A DNA stretch of 64,000 bases, from the NCBI GenBank assembly GCA_951406725.2, contig OX597816.1, positions 101,866,001 through 101,930,000 on the forward strand, written 5' to 3'. The position numbers and the translations under genes are program-made. This DNA is from Octopus vulgaris. Its lineage: Eukaryota. Below are positions 12,701 to 24,700 of this stretch, piece after piece. The notes under the pieces are model-generated. The model searched no databases. It saw nothing but the letters and a program-made list of their open reading frames with translations, and was not told the origin of the DNA. Position 1 is the stretch's first letter. Each line of letters begins with the position of its first letter.

Positions 12701-15700
12701 AAGTTGGCTTTGCTTTTCATTCTTTTGGGGTTGATAAAATAAAGTACCAGTCATGTATGGGGGTTGAAGTAATTAACTGCCCACCTCCCACAAATTTTCA
12801 GGCCTTGTGCTTATAGCAGAAAGGATTATTGTCATTATGATTATTTAGAGCAATGGATGATAAATTCATTAAAAAGCATTGGACAAAATATCTTATAGTA
12901 TTTGTTCCGACTCCTTACATCTTCAGTTTAAATCCCATAGGATCAATAAAATAGTCAAATATTAGGATCAATTTAATTAACACCTTCCTTCAAACTCATG
13001 ACCTTATGCCAATGTTAAAAATTATTGCTATCAGGAGCAGAGAAGTATTGAAGTGAAAGAAATGGTACAGTGCCAAATCAAGTGACTTTTGGTATTTAAT
13101 TATATCTCTTGATACAGAGCTTAAATCCTCAGATTAACTTTTAAATCCTTCAGTGTCAAAAAAATCTCGTGCCAGTCATTGACTATATTCCTTCCATATA
13201 ATTTTGTGGTTTCTTGCCAGAATTAAAATTTACAGATGGAACACAATTTTCAGCCCCAATTTTCATACATCAAGGGCAAGCAGTCTTTTTAACTCACATA
13301 GACTAAATATGGTAACAAAGCTAGACATGATCCTGTTTCCTTCATACTTCGAAAAGTGCACATTTATCTGAAACAATATCAGCATTCTGAGTTCAAATTC
13401 CACCAAAGTCGGCTTTGCTTTTCATTCTTTTGGGGTTGATAAAATAAAGTACCAGTCATGTATGGAGGTTGAAGTAATTAACTGCCCACCTCCCACAAAT
13501 TTTCAGGCCTTGTGCTTATAGCAGAAAGGATTATTGTCATTATGATTATTTAGAGCAATGGATGATAAATTCATTAAAAAGCATTGGACAAAATATCTTA
13601 TAGTATTTGTTCCGACTCCTTACATCTTCAGTTTAAATCCCATAGGATCAATTTAATTAACACCTTCCTTCAAACTCATGACCTTATGCCAATGTTAAAA
13701 ATTATTGCTATCAGGAGCAGAGAAGTAGTGAAGTGAAAGAAAGACCTAGGCTGCGTTCCCCCAACAGGTGCTCTCCGCCTTGGACGACCTGGCCCAAAAC
13801 CCAGGCTCATCAAGCTGTCTTTTCCAGACCACGCTGAGGCAACCGCATACCATCTGGCCTCAGTTAAAGCTGGGCGTGAAAATCCGACGACCCTCCGAAC
13901 ACGCCCAGGCTTACCATCCGATGTACGTCCGAAGCTACGTGTAGCGGCTTCCCTGAACCGGAACTCAGCTCTACAGGAAAGCTTCAGTCTTCGTGAAGAT
14001 GGACAAATCTGGAGATTTGTTAAGACGGGTGAAACGTGGAAGAGAGATAACAGCTGGTCTGAGTGCTCTCTACCCACAATGACTGACACTAAAAAAACTA
14101 CAGCAACTCAGGGAAACTAAACCTGAACAACCTGCCATCCTCTACACACCATCATAAACTGCAAGCAGGGTACAAATTGTTGTCCTTAAATGCTCGCAGT
14201 TTGTGCAACAAAATTCATTTGTTCAACGCCTACGTTGGAAGTATTGACCCTGACTTCATCACTGTCACGGAAACATGGGCGCATTCCTTACTCTGTGATG
14301 GGGTTTTCAACATCACTGGGTACAACCTCTTCCGCAAGGACCGCATTAACCGCCGTGGTGGTGGTGTGATGGTCTACGTTCGTTCAAATTTTTCAGTAAT
14401 TCCTTGTGCCGATTTGAACGAATCACAAGAAGAAGTTTTTTTCTGTGATGTACGTATGACCATGTCAACACTCCTGCTTGGTGTTGTTTATCGTCCCCCA
14501 AATTACCATCGGGACACACAGCTTTGCGATATCCTCCGAGCTGCTGCCAGGAAAACAGCCACTTATGTTTTCATTGCAGGCGATTTCAATCATCCTGAGA
14601 TCAATTGGGAAACCTTCCATTGGCCACAGAGTGCAAAAGTTTTTGTTGAGCTTGTACTGGACTCAAACTGGTCACAAGTAGCCACCTCTCCAACAAGAGG
14701 CGACAACACCTTGGACCTGCTCTTCACCACAACTCCTGAAGCGGTTATCAATTGCACTACGGAGGAACCTCTAGGTGACTCTGATCATGCTATGATCATC
14801 GCCAATCTGGCTCTTGCGGGCAACAAAAACCTGAACCATCTCCAAACTGCTTCCTTCGATTGGAAGAGAGCAGATTGGAACCTGTACCACACTGAACTAC
14901 AGCACCCAAACTGGCGTGAATTCTACAACTCTGGAGATGTGAATACTATACTCCAGAGTATCCTGGACTCAATATGGGCAGCATGTGCAGCATCAGTGCC
15001 ATGTAAACAGAAAAAGAAGAACCGCCCCAAAAGTGCAATTTGGGAAACTTCAGCGGTCCGACTTGCCAGGAAGGAACGTCGAACTGCTGAACGGGATTAC
15101 AAGTTGCATAAATCAGACACCAACAGGAAGAAGCGGAATAAATCTTCCAACCATCTCAAGCAAGTGACAAAAAAAGCAGTGCTTGAATTTGAACAGTGCA
15201 TAGCAGCCAATCCTGACAGCAAGGTTTTCTGGAAATATGTGCATTCGAAGCAGAGACCTCACTCTCCAGTGGGCCCTCTTCGCAACCCTCACACAAACCA
15301 GATCACTGACGACCCCAAGGAATGCGCAGAACTCATTGCCGAGTGCTATGCAAACATATTCACTGTTGAAAGTCAAAATGTACCATCTTCACCATCTCTA
15401 ACAGCAAATTCCATAACAACTATGGAATTTACACCTGCAATGCTGCGACGTCACCTTCAAAATAAGCGCAATTATGCCTCCCCTGGTCTTGATGGAGTTA
15501 CATACCTGCTTCTCAAACGTGGCAGGTACTTCCTTTTACACCAGCTCTCTACTTTCTTCCAGTACTGTCTCAACAATGGTGCTACTCCGGAACAGTGGAA
15601 AACTGCCAGTGTCATTCCTCTGTTCAAGAAGGGCGACCGCACATCACCTGTCAACTATCACTCAGTCAGTCTCACTAGCTGTATTGCAAAACTGATGGAA

Positions 15701-18700
15701 TCGTGTGTCAGAGAAACACTTTGGAACTTCTGGAGCTCACACAGTCTCATCCGACCCTCACAATATGGATTTGTCCCTAACTCCAGCTGCAGTGATCAGC
15801 TTGTCGAGTTCCTTGAGGACATTACTCAGATCATTGACAGTGGCTCATGGGTGGATGTTGTCTACCTCGACTTTGCTAAGGCTTTCAACTCTGTGCCACA
15901 CAAAAGGCTTATGGTGAAACTCTCTGCAATGGGTGTGAGGGATGACCTTTTTAACTGGTTGAAGTCCTTCATTCTCAACCGAAAGGAGGTAGTCACAGTT
16001 CTAGGACAGCATTCTACACCATATGAGATGTCATCGGGTGTACCACAGGGATCTGTCCTTGGTCCCCTCTTGTTTGTGGCATACATTAATGACATAGATG
16101 CAAATTTAAAGAATGCCACAGTATTAAAATATGCAGACGACATCAAGCTGTACCTTGAAATCAAGAGGACAGATCCTGTTGTCTACAGCTCTTTCCTGCA
16201 ATCAGACCTGGACACAATGCAGCAATGGATCACAGACTGGCAACTGAAACTGGCTGTGGACAAGTGTACCACCATGCATTTTGGGAGAAAAAACCCTGCG
16301 TCCACATACTCCCTCCACAACACTGATATCAAGAAATCCTCTTGCGAGCGTGACCTAGGCATCACTGTCAGCAGTGATTTGCGTTGGACAAAGCATATCT
16401 CTAAAATTGTCAAGAAGGCCGAGGGTGTCTTGGCATCACTCAGCAAGACTTTTGTTAGCCGCTCTCCAGCCATCTATTTAAAACTGTATACAGCTATGGT
16501 ACGACCACACTTGGAATTCGCATCATCAGTTTGGAACCCCTATCTTGCTCAGAACATTGACCTCCTGGAATCTGTTCAGAGACGTGCAACCAAACGCATA
16601 CCCTCCATCAGACACCTACCATATTCTGAGGGCCTTGTTTCCCTGGGTATGGATTCACTGAAGCTCCGGCGTCTGGCGACAGACTTGGTAAACACCCACA
16701 AAGTTGTCAACCACCTCACCAATAACAACACTGAACACCTTTTTGATCTCCATGTGTCTAACACACGTGGACATGCCTACAAAGTCAGAAAACAACACAG
16801 CTCCCATGACTTTCGGAAACATTTCTTCACACTCAGAGTTGCTGAAGCATGGAATAAACTGCCTGCATCAGTTGTTGACTGCCATGACACTGCATCCTTT
16901 AAGGCCCTCATGCTTTCCGAAATCCGTCGAAACTACACCTGATTATATATACACTTTCGATGAGCTGTAGTGCACCTGAGCACTGTACACAATGTTTATT
17001 ATTATTAAATGGTACAGTGCCAAATCAAGTGACTTTTGGTATTTAATTATATCTCTTGATACAGAGCTTAAATCCTCAGATTAACTTTTAAATCCTTCAG
17101 TGTCAAAAAAATCTCATGCCAGTCATTGACTATATTCCTTCCATATAATTTTGTGGTTTCTTGCCAGAATTAAAATTTACAGATGGAACACAATTTTCAG
17201 CCCCAATTTTCATACATCAAGGGCAAGCAGTCTTTTTAACTCATATAGACTAAATATGGTAACAAAGCTAGACATGATCCTGTTTCCTTCATACTTCGAA
17301 AAGTGCACATTTATCTGAAACAATATCAGCATTATTAAATGTCTTTAAAGCTAAACTTCATTCTTATTCTTTTCCCCAGTTGTATTGTCATGGCTCTCAA
17401 AATCATTTAGAAACAACTATTAAAGTGGCAAACTAGTAGAATTATTAGCATGCCAGACAAAATGTTTGGCAGCATTTCATTTATCTTTATTTTTTTAATT
17501 CAAATTCTGCCAGGGTCGACTTTGCCTTAATGGGGGGTGGGGGTGGAGTCAATGTAAGTAACTAGCCCTTTCCCTGCAAATTCCAGGCCTTGTGCCTATA
17601 GAAGAAAGGATTATTATTATTATTATTATTATTATTGTGCAACATTTGATAGTTTCAGGCAGATTTCTATTGCATCAACTGCTACACCCTTGTGCTGCTG
17701 AAAAGTGTGTAGCATTGTGTGTTCTTGCTCGTGTAAGGGGAGTACAGACTCTTCCTAGCACAGTATTGCATCAGTTTCTTTTGTTATGGGATTTGCCTTG
17801 AATTTCTTGTATTAATACTTGTATTGCATACTGTGTATGTCATGCAAGTCATGTTCTTCTGTTGGGTATCTGACTTGTAGAATACATGTTGTTGAGGTTG
17901 TTTTTATTGGACATTTACTGTATAAAGTGTGTCTTGTGTTTGTGGATTGTTTTATTTGAGTAAGCTATCAAATTGATATCTTCCATAGGATGTGGGCTGT
18001 TCCTAGCAGGGATATTTTTTGGATAGTGTGTAGTGTTGAGGGTGCCAGGTAAGACTTCTACATTTTTATTCATTTTTTTTTCTATCATACTCAGTGCTCC
18101 ATCTATTACTGGTACTGTTTTTACCTTTATGCCTCACATCCTGAATACTTCAGTTTCAAGATCTTTGTACTTTGACAGTTTCTCCACTTTGTTTTTGGAC
18201 AATATTTTGGTCAGAAGAGACTGCAATGTCTATCAGTAAGCAGGTATTTTTTTTTTCCAATCCTTGATTATTATGCCCACATGATTAGTTTCGATTTTTT
18301 TAGTTCGTTTGAATAGGCATATCCCAGATGATTGTGCTCTGGATATTGTCATGTACCTTGTTTGACATATGTTTATACCATTACTAGTTAATTTTTATGT
18401 TGTAGTGTTTGCACATTGTTCACTGAATATAACTACTTACTTGGTTATATTGCCCAGTGGATATAACTTTAGCAAAGGCAGCAAGCTGGCAGAATTGTTA
18501 GCGTGCCAGGCAAAATGCTTAGCGGTATTTCGTTTACCACTATGTTCTGAGTTAAAATTCTGTCGAGGTTGACTTTGCCTTTCATCCTTTTGGAGTCAAT
18601 AAATTAAGTACCAGTTAAATACTGGGGTCAATGTAATCGACTAGTTCCCTCCTGCCAAATTTCAGGCCTTGAGCTTTTAACAGAAAGGATCATTATTATT

Positions 18701-21700
18701 ATTATTATTATTGTGGTGAGTGGATAAAATCCTTACCACAGACAAAAATGCTTAGCATTTCATCTGCCTTTACATTCTGAGTTCAAATACCACCGAGGTT
18801 GATGTTGCCTTTCATCCTTTCAGGGTCAATGAAATAAGTACCAGTTGAGTACTGGGGTCAATGTAATTGACTTATCCCTCCTCCATAATTTCAGGTTTTG
18901 TGCCTATAGCAGAATGGATTATTATTATTAAGGTGGTAAGCTGGTAGAATTATTAGTACACCAGACAAAATGTTTCCCAGCATTCTGTCTGTCTTTGTTT
19001 CAAATTCAAATTCTGCCATGGTCAACCTTGTTTACATCCGTTTTTTTGATGGAGTCAATGGGAGTCAATGTAATCAACCAGCTCTCACTCCTAATTTCAA
19101 GCCTTGTTCCTATAGAAAAAAGGAGGAGGAGGATCATCAGCAACCAGGTGAAATTGTTAATGGCATTTCATCTGTCTTTATGTTCTGAATTCAAATTCCG
19201 CCAAGGTTGACTCTGCCTTTCATCTTTTCGAGGTTGATAAATTAAGTACCAGTGAAACACTAGGGTCAATGTAATTGACTAGTACCCTGCACCACAAAAT
19301 TTTAGGCCATGTGCCTACAGTAGAAAGGATTATCATCATCATCATCATTATTATTATTATTATTATTATTGAGGCAGTGAAGCTGGTGGAATCAGAGCGT
19401 TAGGAAAAATGTCTGGCAGTATTTGTTCCAGCTTCTTACATTCTGAGTTCAAATCCTGCCATGATCAGCTTTGCCTTTCATCCTTTAAGGGTTGCTAAAA
19501 TAAAGTACCAGTCAAGTACTGGGGTTGATGTAACTGACTAATACCCTCCTCTCCCAAATTGTTGGCCTTGTACCTAAATCAGAAATCATTATTCATCATC
19601 ATCATCATCAGCAGCATTTAATATCTGTTTTCCATGCTGGCATGGGTTGGACAATTTGACAGGAGCTTGCAAGATGAGGAGCCAGAACAGGTTCCATAGT
19701 TTGTTTTGGCATGATTTCTACAACTGGATGCCCTTCCCAATGCCAACCACTTTACAGAGTGTACTGGCTCAGTAAGTTCTGAGTTCAAATCATGTCAAGG
19801 TCAACTTTGCCTACATCATTTTGGGGTCACTAAAATAAAGTAGCAGTCAAGAACAGGGATCGGTATAATCAACTTGCCCCTCAAAAGTCATTGACTTTGT
19901 GCCAAATTTAGAAATTATTATATTAGCATCCATTTTCCATACCAACATAGAAAGGCTGAATTCTTTCTCTCCAAATTCCCAAATGGAACAGTTATCTTTA
20001 CAGTTGTATAACTTTCTGACTAATAATCATTCAACTTGCTTCAAGTTGAAGCAAGCAAAGTAAAGTACCTCACCCAGGGACACAACACGATGGCTGCTAT
20101 AAGGTTTTTTAACTTAAGACCTTGTGGATGGTATTAAAGCACCTTAACACCATAGTCATTATGTTTCTCTCAAATGAATGACAGCTGGATTCAAAACTAG
20201 TTTCAGGTCAAGTGTTCTGGTGCATTTCCCAACTATGTTACCAGCTTGAAAATGGAAACTAAAACATCTAACAAGATCACATTTATCTTGTTCTGTTTAG
20301 GTACTACATAGTTGAAATCTTGGCAAACATCCAGCTTACTAATATGTATATCTTCTTGGTTACTTACAGGAATATTTAACATAAAATCATGAAGTGACTT
20401 GTACAAAATGTTCAGATTATAAAAAGACAGACAGCATGTTACTAGATTAATTAGTTCAACAGCAACATGTCATGGATTCAAAATATTATCTTGATTATTA
20501 AGAGAACAGGGAAACACTGGTTCCCTATGTAAACATTACAAAAACACAAAGCTAGCAGCAGAAAGAAAATTCGGCTGCAATAAATCAAGCATGTAAATAT
20601 AATCATATAAAAAAACAGCACAGTTTGCATAATTTTACAGAAACTGCATATGTCAAATACAACAGAATATTTATCTATATATATATATAACAAGATCTCA
20701 GAGCACATGATATATATATATATATATATAAAACACAAGATGTGTGTCTGTCTGTATGTTTGTCATGTCATTATAACTCGAGATCCACTCAACCAATTTT
20801 AAAGAAACTTTACACATGCATTACATAGGATCCATGGAGTGTTATGGGCCAAAATCATTTTCAACTTCTTGCTTAATGCAAGCCCAGGGGCAGGTAAACT
20901 GCATTTTTAAAGCATTTTTGCTGTGTTAAGCCCCGTCACTTGAAGAGTATCCAGTTGCTTTCCTTCAAATTTGCAGCAAACATTAATCAGGCTCCTTGAA
21001 TTGCTGTTGACTAAAAAAAAAAATTTCCAATGCCGACTATGGGCCCCCACCAAAAATGCAGATTAATCAGATTTGAGTGTAGTGCATTGGGTTTTCTCTT
21101 TGTTTTAGGCCATTTTCTGGTGATAAAATATTGACACTACCTATGTAGCGTATAATATTTCAGAAAAACCTTTTGTGTTCAATTTGGCAGAGGAACATTA
21201 AAATTTTTGTCAGTGCCCTGTTGATGTTTCATGTTACCATCCCACACACCACCTGGCCATGTGCGTGTGTGCATAGCTGGGTAAAGCCACAACAAACCCA
21301 TTTATCCATTATCCAGAAGTGCCCTGTTGATGTTTCATGTTTCCAATCCTGTGCAATACAGCATGGCCCAGCAGCATGTCTGCTTTCTATGTCATCCATG
21401 CCTGAACTATATAATGCAAAATGTTCTTACCCCTCTTATTTGTCCATGACAACTTTTTTTTTTCAATTTGACAGCAACTATTTAGCTGAGCTTAAAGAAC
21501 ACAATCAGTTAACAGTGCAGGAGCTAACTCCTGAAATGCTTCAAAATATATTTCACAATGCTAAGGAGAGATTTGAAGTATGCAGGGATACAGACATGTT
21601 GAAAATTTTCAATAAAAGTTTGATGTAAGATTTATAAATCTATTTGTTTTGGTAATAAACATAAAATTCTGCCAGTTTTTTTTTTAATTTGCTCAATTTC

Positions 21701-24700
21701 ATTAAAACATAGTTAATTCCGGAACACCCTGTATGATGTAGCATTGTTAGTTGTTGTGTTGCTTGAGTAAATATTAAAATCAAAGGTCTTCTTGCCATAA
21801 ACATCCCATCTTTTTGTTAAGCATACTGTATCAAGGAGTATATTATCTAAAATGTATCTCTCCTTTATAGGTGTGGCTGTGTGGTTGAGAAGCTTGCTTT
21901 CCAACCATGTTACCTTGGGTTCAGTCTCACTGTGTGGCATGTTGGGCAATTCTCTTTTGTTACAGCTCTGTGCCAACTAAAGCCTTGTGTATTATATAAT
22001 TGCCATTACAGTATTCACATATAAAATAACACATACAACTCGCTTATTATTGTCATATAATAAACAAACAGAAGTTCATGTATGAAATTGATCTTTTTTC
22101 TATTTCAATTATTACATGTTTTTTTCTTATAAAATATACACATACAGGAGGAGTAAATCCATATATATATATAATAACACTTTGAATGTGGCTCCCATGA
22201 AAGAGTAAAAGTAATTACCTGATCAACAACGGGTATTACTGCTAGTAATTTATAAATTCTGGATAATTTATATAAGCATTTCTTTCTGAACAGAGCAACT
22301 GAAATGGTACAACCTCGGCAGAATTTGAACTCAGAATGTAAAGGTAGATGAAATACCACCAAGCATTTTGCCTAGCATGCTAATGTTTCTGCCAGCTCAC
22401 CACCTTATTTAAAAGTATTAATACAAAAGCTATGATTCACCAACATTCTTCACTCCAATTTCAGCCAAGTTGTGCCATTCCTCTATCATCTATATAAATA
22501 GTTATTTGCATTCAATATCCTAAACCAAGAAAGGGTCCACTTAGACTTCAATCTTAAGAGCAACAACATACACAAATAGTATGGAAAACTGAGCATTCCT
22601 AAAAATATAATTTCTTTTCTTTGTGAATTTATTTGTGAGTGCACCAACCAAATGCAATCACATAAATCTGTGTACCATAGTTAGGAAATCAGTTTGAGTC
22701 CAGATTTTAACTTTGTTTAGACTCAGATCAGCCCTTACAGAGTAGAACTATAACCAAGGTATGCTATTTTTTACCATTCCAACTTTTTTCTAAATGCACA
22801 GAACCCAGGGAAACTTTATCTAACAAGTCCTTTTTAAGGTTGAGAGTTATTTAAATGACAGCAGATTGTAATTTCTAGCAGACTATCTATATCTGTTGAA
22901 AACAATGAAATCAGATTTCTCGAGATAGCACATTTTTGTGTGTTGGATCCACAAGTTTACCAAGGTTAGTCAGAAGCTGTTTTTGTTTTTTTTTACCAAT
23001 TATATTCCTTTTGCTCACACCTGTTCTCACAATTTGCACTGAAGGAGCCAATGAGGAAGTCTTTACATCAAACATAGGCAACCTTTTTTGAGAAATGGGG
23101 CACAGACATAGCTCATCATCAGACAGGCATCACTACTAAAACCTTCATGTTAATGTTTTGTTAGGCATACAATTCAGAGAGCCCTATGGACTGCAGATTG
23201 CCCATGACTGCTCTACAGTCACATAACCTGCTAGGAATAGAACCAAATCTCAAATTACACTCAAGAATATTACAAGAAAAGGAAGGACACTGGATGATGG
23301 AGTCCTTGATGAACAAAAAGATGGGACAGACATGACTGAAACACCTTTGACCATAAGTTTACTCAATAAGGATTGACCTGGAAGTAAACAACATTTGTGC
23401 TGGATAAATAGCAAGTTTTATCTCTACATCAGTTTTAGTGCACATTTAAGATTGCAACAAATAAATTTGACAATTGTAATTTCACAAGGAAAGTAATCAA
23501 AGTTGAGATATTTTCTGCCCTTTGATTTCCCAATTCTCTGTTACCACCTTGTTATATCACCTTTTAATCTGCAGCAGAGGGTTGTAATTAAGAACAGAGT
23601 CTCGAAATATGAAAATATCTAATTTTAAAGAACCATTTCATGATGTTGATATGAAAACCAGTTAATAATTTTTTAAATTAAGAAAACAGAAAAAAAAAGG
23701 TAACTGATTAGGAAAAAATAACTTTAAAGGTATGGTACGGAAAATTTAAAAACATACGTTTGTTGGTGTTTATCAACACTGTCATCAGCAAATCCTCTAT
23801 CAAATAGTTGGTTCTCTGGTGACAAAGCATCATCTGCTAACGCATTATTGTTGGAATTGCCATTTCTGTTTACTCCATAGGGGCCTGTCATAAAAACCAA
23901 AGAAGAAACTTGAATTAAAAGGAGTCAGTGTATGAGGGAGAGAGATATTTTTTATATTCACTGTTCCAACCAGCATGGGTGAGAGAAGTTTGCAAAATAT
24001 CTACTGCATGTCAGTCATTGAACCAAATAGTTGTGTAACCCCAGGCCAATTTTATACTCAGAAAACTCTCAATCAAAGGCCTTCAAATGTTGACCACTTT
24101 GCCTTTTAAGTTGTACAGAGTGAGTGAAAAGTAGCACCCAGTTTCTGGGAAATCATGCCTTTCTTTGTTGTTTTGCAGGATATTATGGACTGTTTTGAAA
24201 GTTACTAAATCTGGATCATGTATCATGTTGTTAATACTCTTTGATCCCAACCTGTAAAACAAGAATTAGGAGTCAAAAGTATCTCCCAAATGGGAAGTCA
24301 TACATATTAATCCTAAAACAGGAATGGAGTGCTACTTTTGACTCATAAGAGAGAGACTACCTTATCTTATATATCCTTTCTTTGTTTAAGATGCTAGAAT
24401 GTAACTGTAGGGAGATTTGATTCCACTTAATCAATCAGTTATTAAGCTTTTTATCTTATCTTTTCTTTACTCTGGTTTGTCCAGGAGGAAAGGGCTGTAC
24501 TTAAAGCCTTTGCAGGTTCACTTGGACAGATGAGAGGCAGCTATTTTCAACAAGTTTGGCCAAGGCAAATAGGCTTGCTTAAGGAATACAGTACAATGAC
24601 TATAGTCATTGGAAATAAAACAAATAAAAGGGCAAGGAGAAAAGTAGTAAAGAAACATAAAGAAAATTTCAAGTGGAAGGAGTGATAGGAAGAGAAATAC

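Larger units (their letters stand above)
13743..17006 (+). mobile_element. Young 5'-truncated CR1-type non-LTR retrotransposon (ORF1 3' part, ORF2, short 3' UTR, (ATT)n tail)
   Basis: Boundaries defined by comparison with the empty site at 13060-13062; GC-richer than flanks; 3' hairpin AGTGC-acctga-GCACT followed by TTTATTATTATT. Confidence 0.93.
12678..17333. repeat. ~705-bp tandem duplication (copy 1 at 12678-13382; copy 2 at 13383-17333, interrupted by the LINE)
   Basis: Near-identical copies with about five substitutions and one 25-bp indel; CATT microhomology at the junction. Confidence 0.92.

Noticed and set aside
13676-14089. 137-aa minus-strand ORF
   Set aside because: It is the antisense shadow of the LINE ORF1 fragment and has no recognisable motif.
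22219-22285. Possible 67-nt exon (cag...CAG|gtaatt)
   Set aside because: It would shift the frame relative to the exon at 1-242, the peptide is unlike the rest of the protein, and its acceptor region borders a SINE fragment. At most a cryptic exon.
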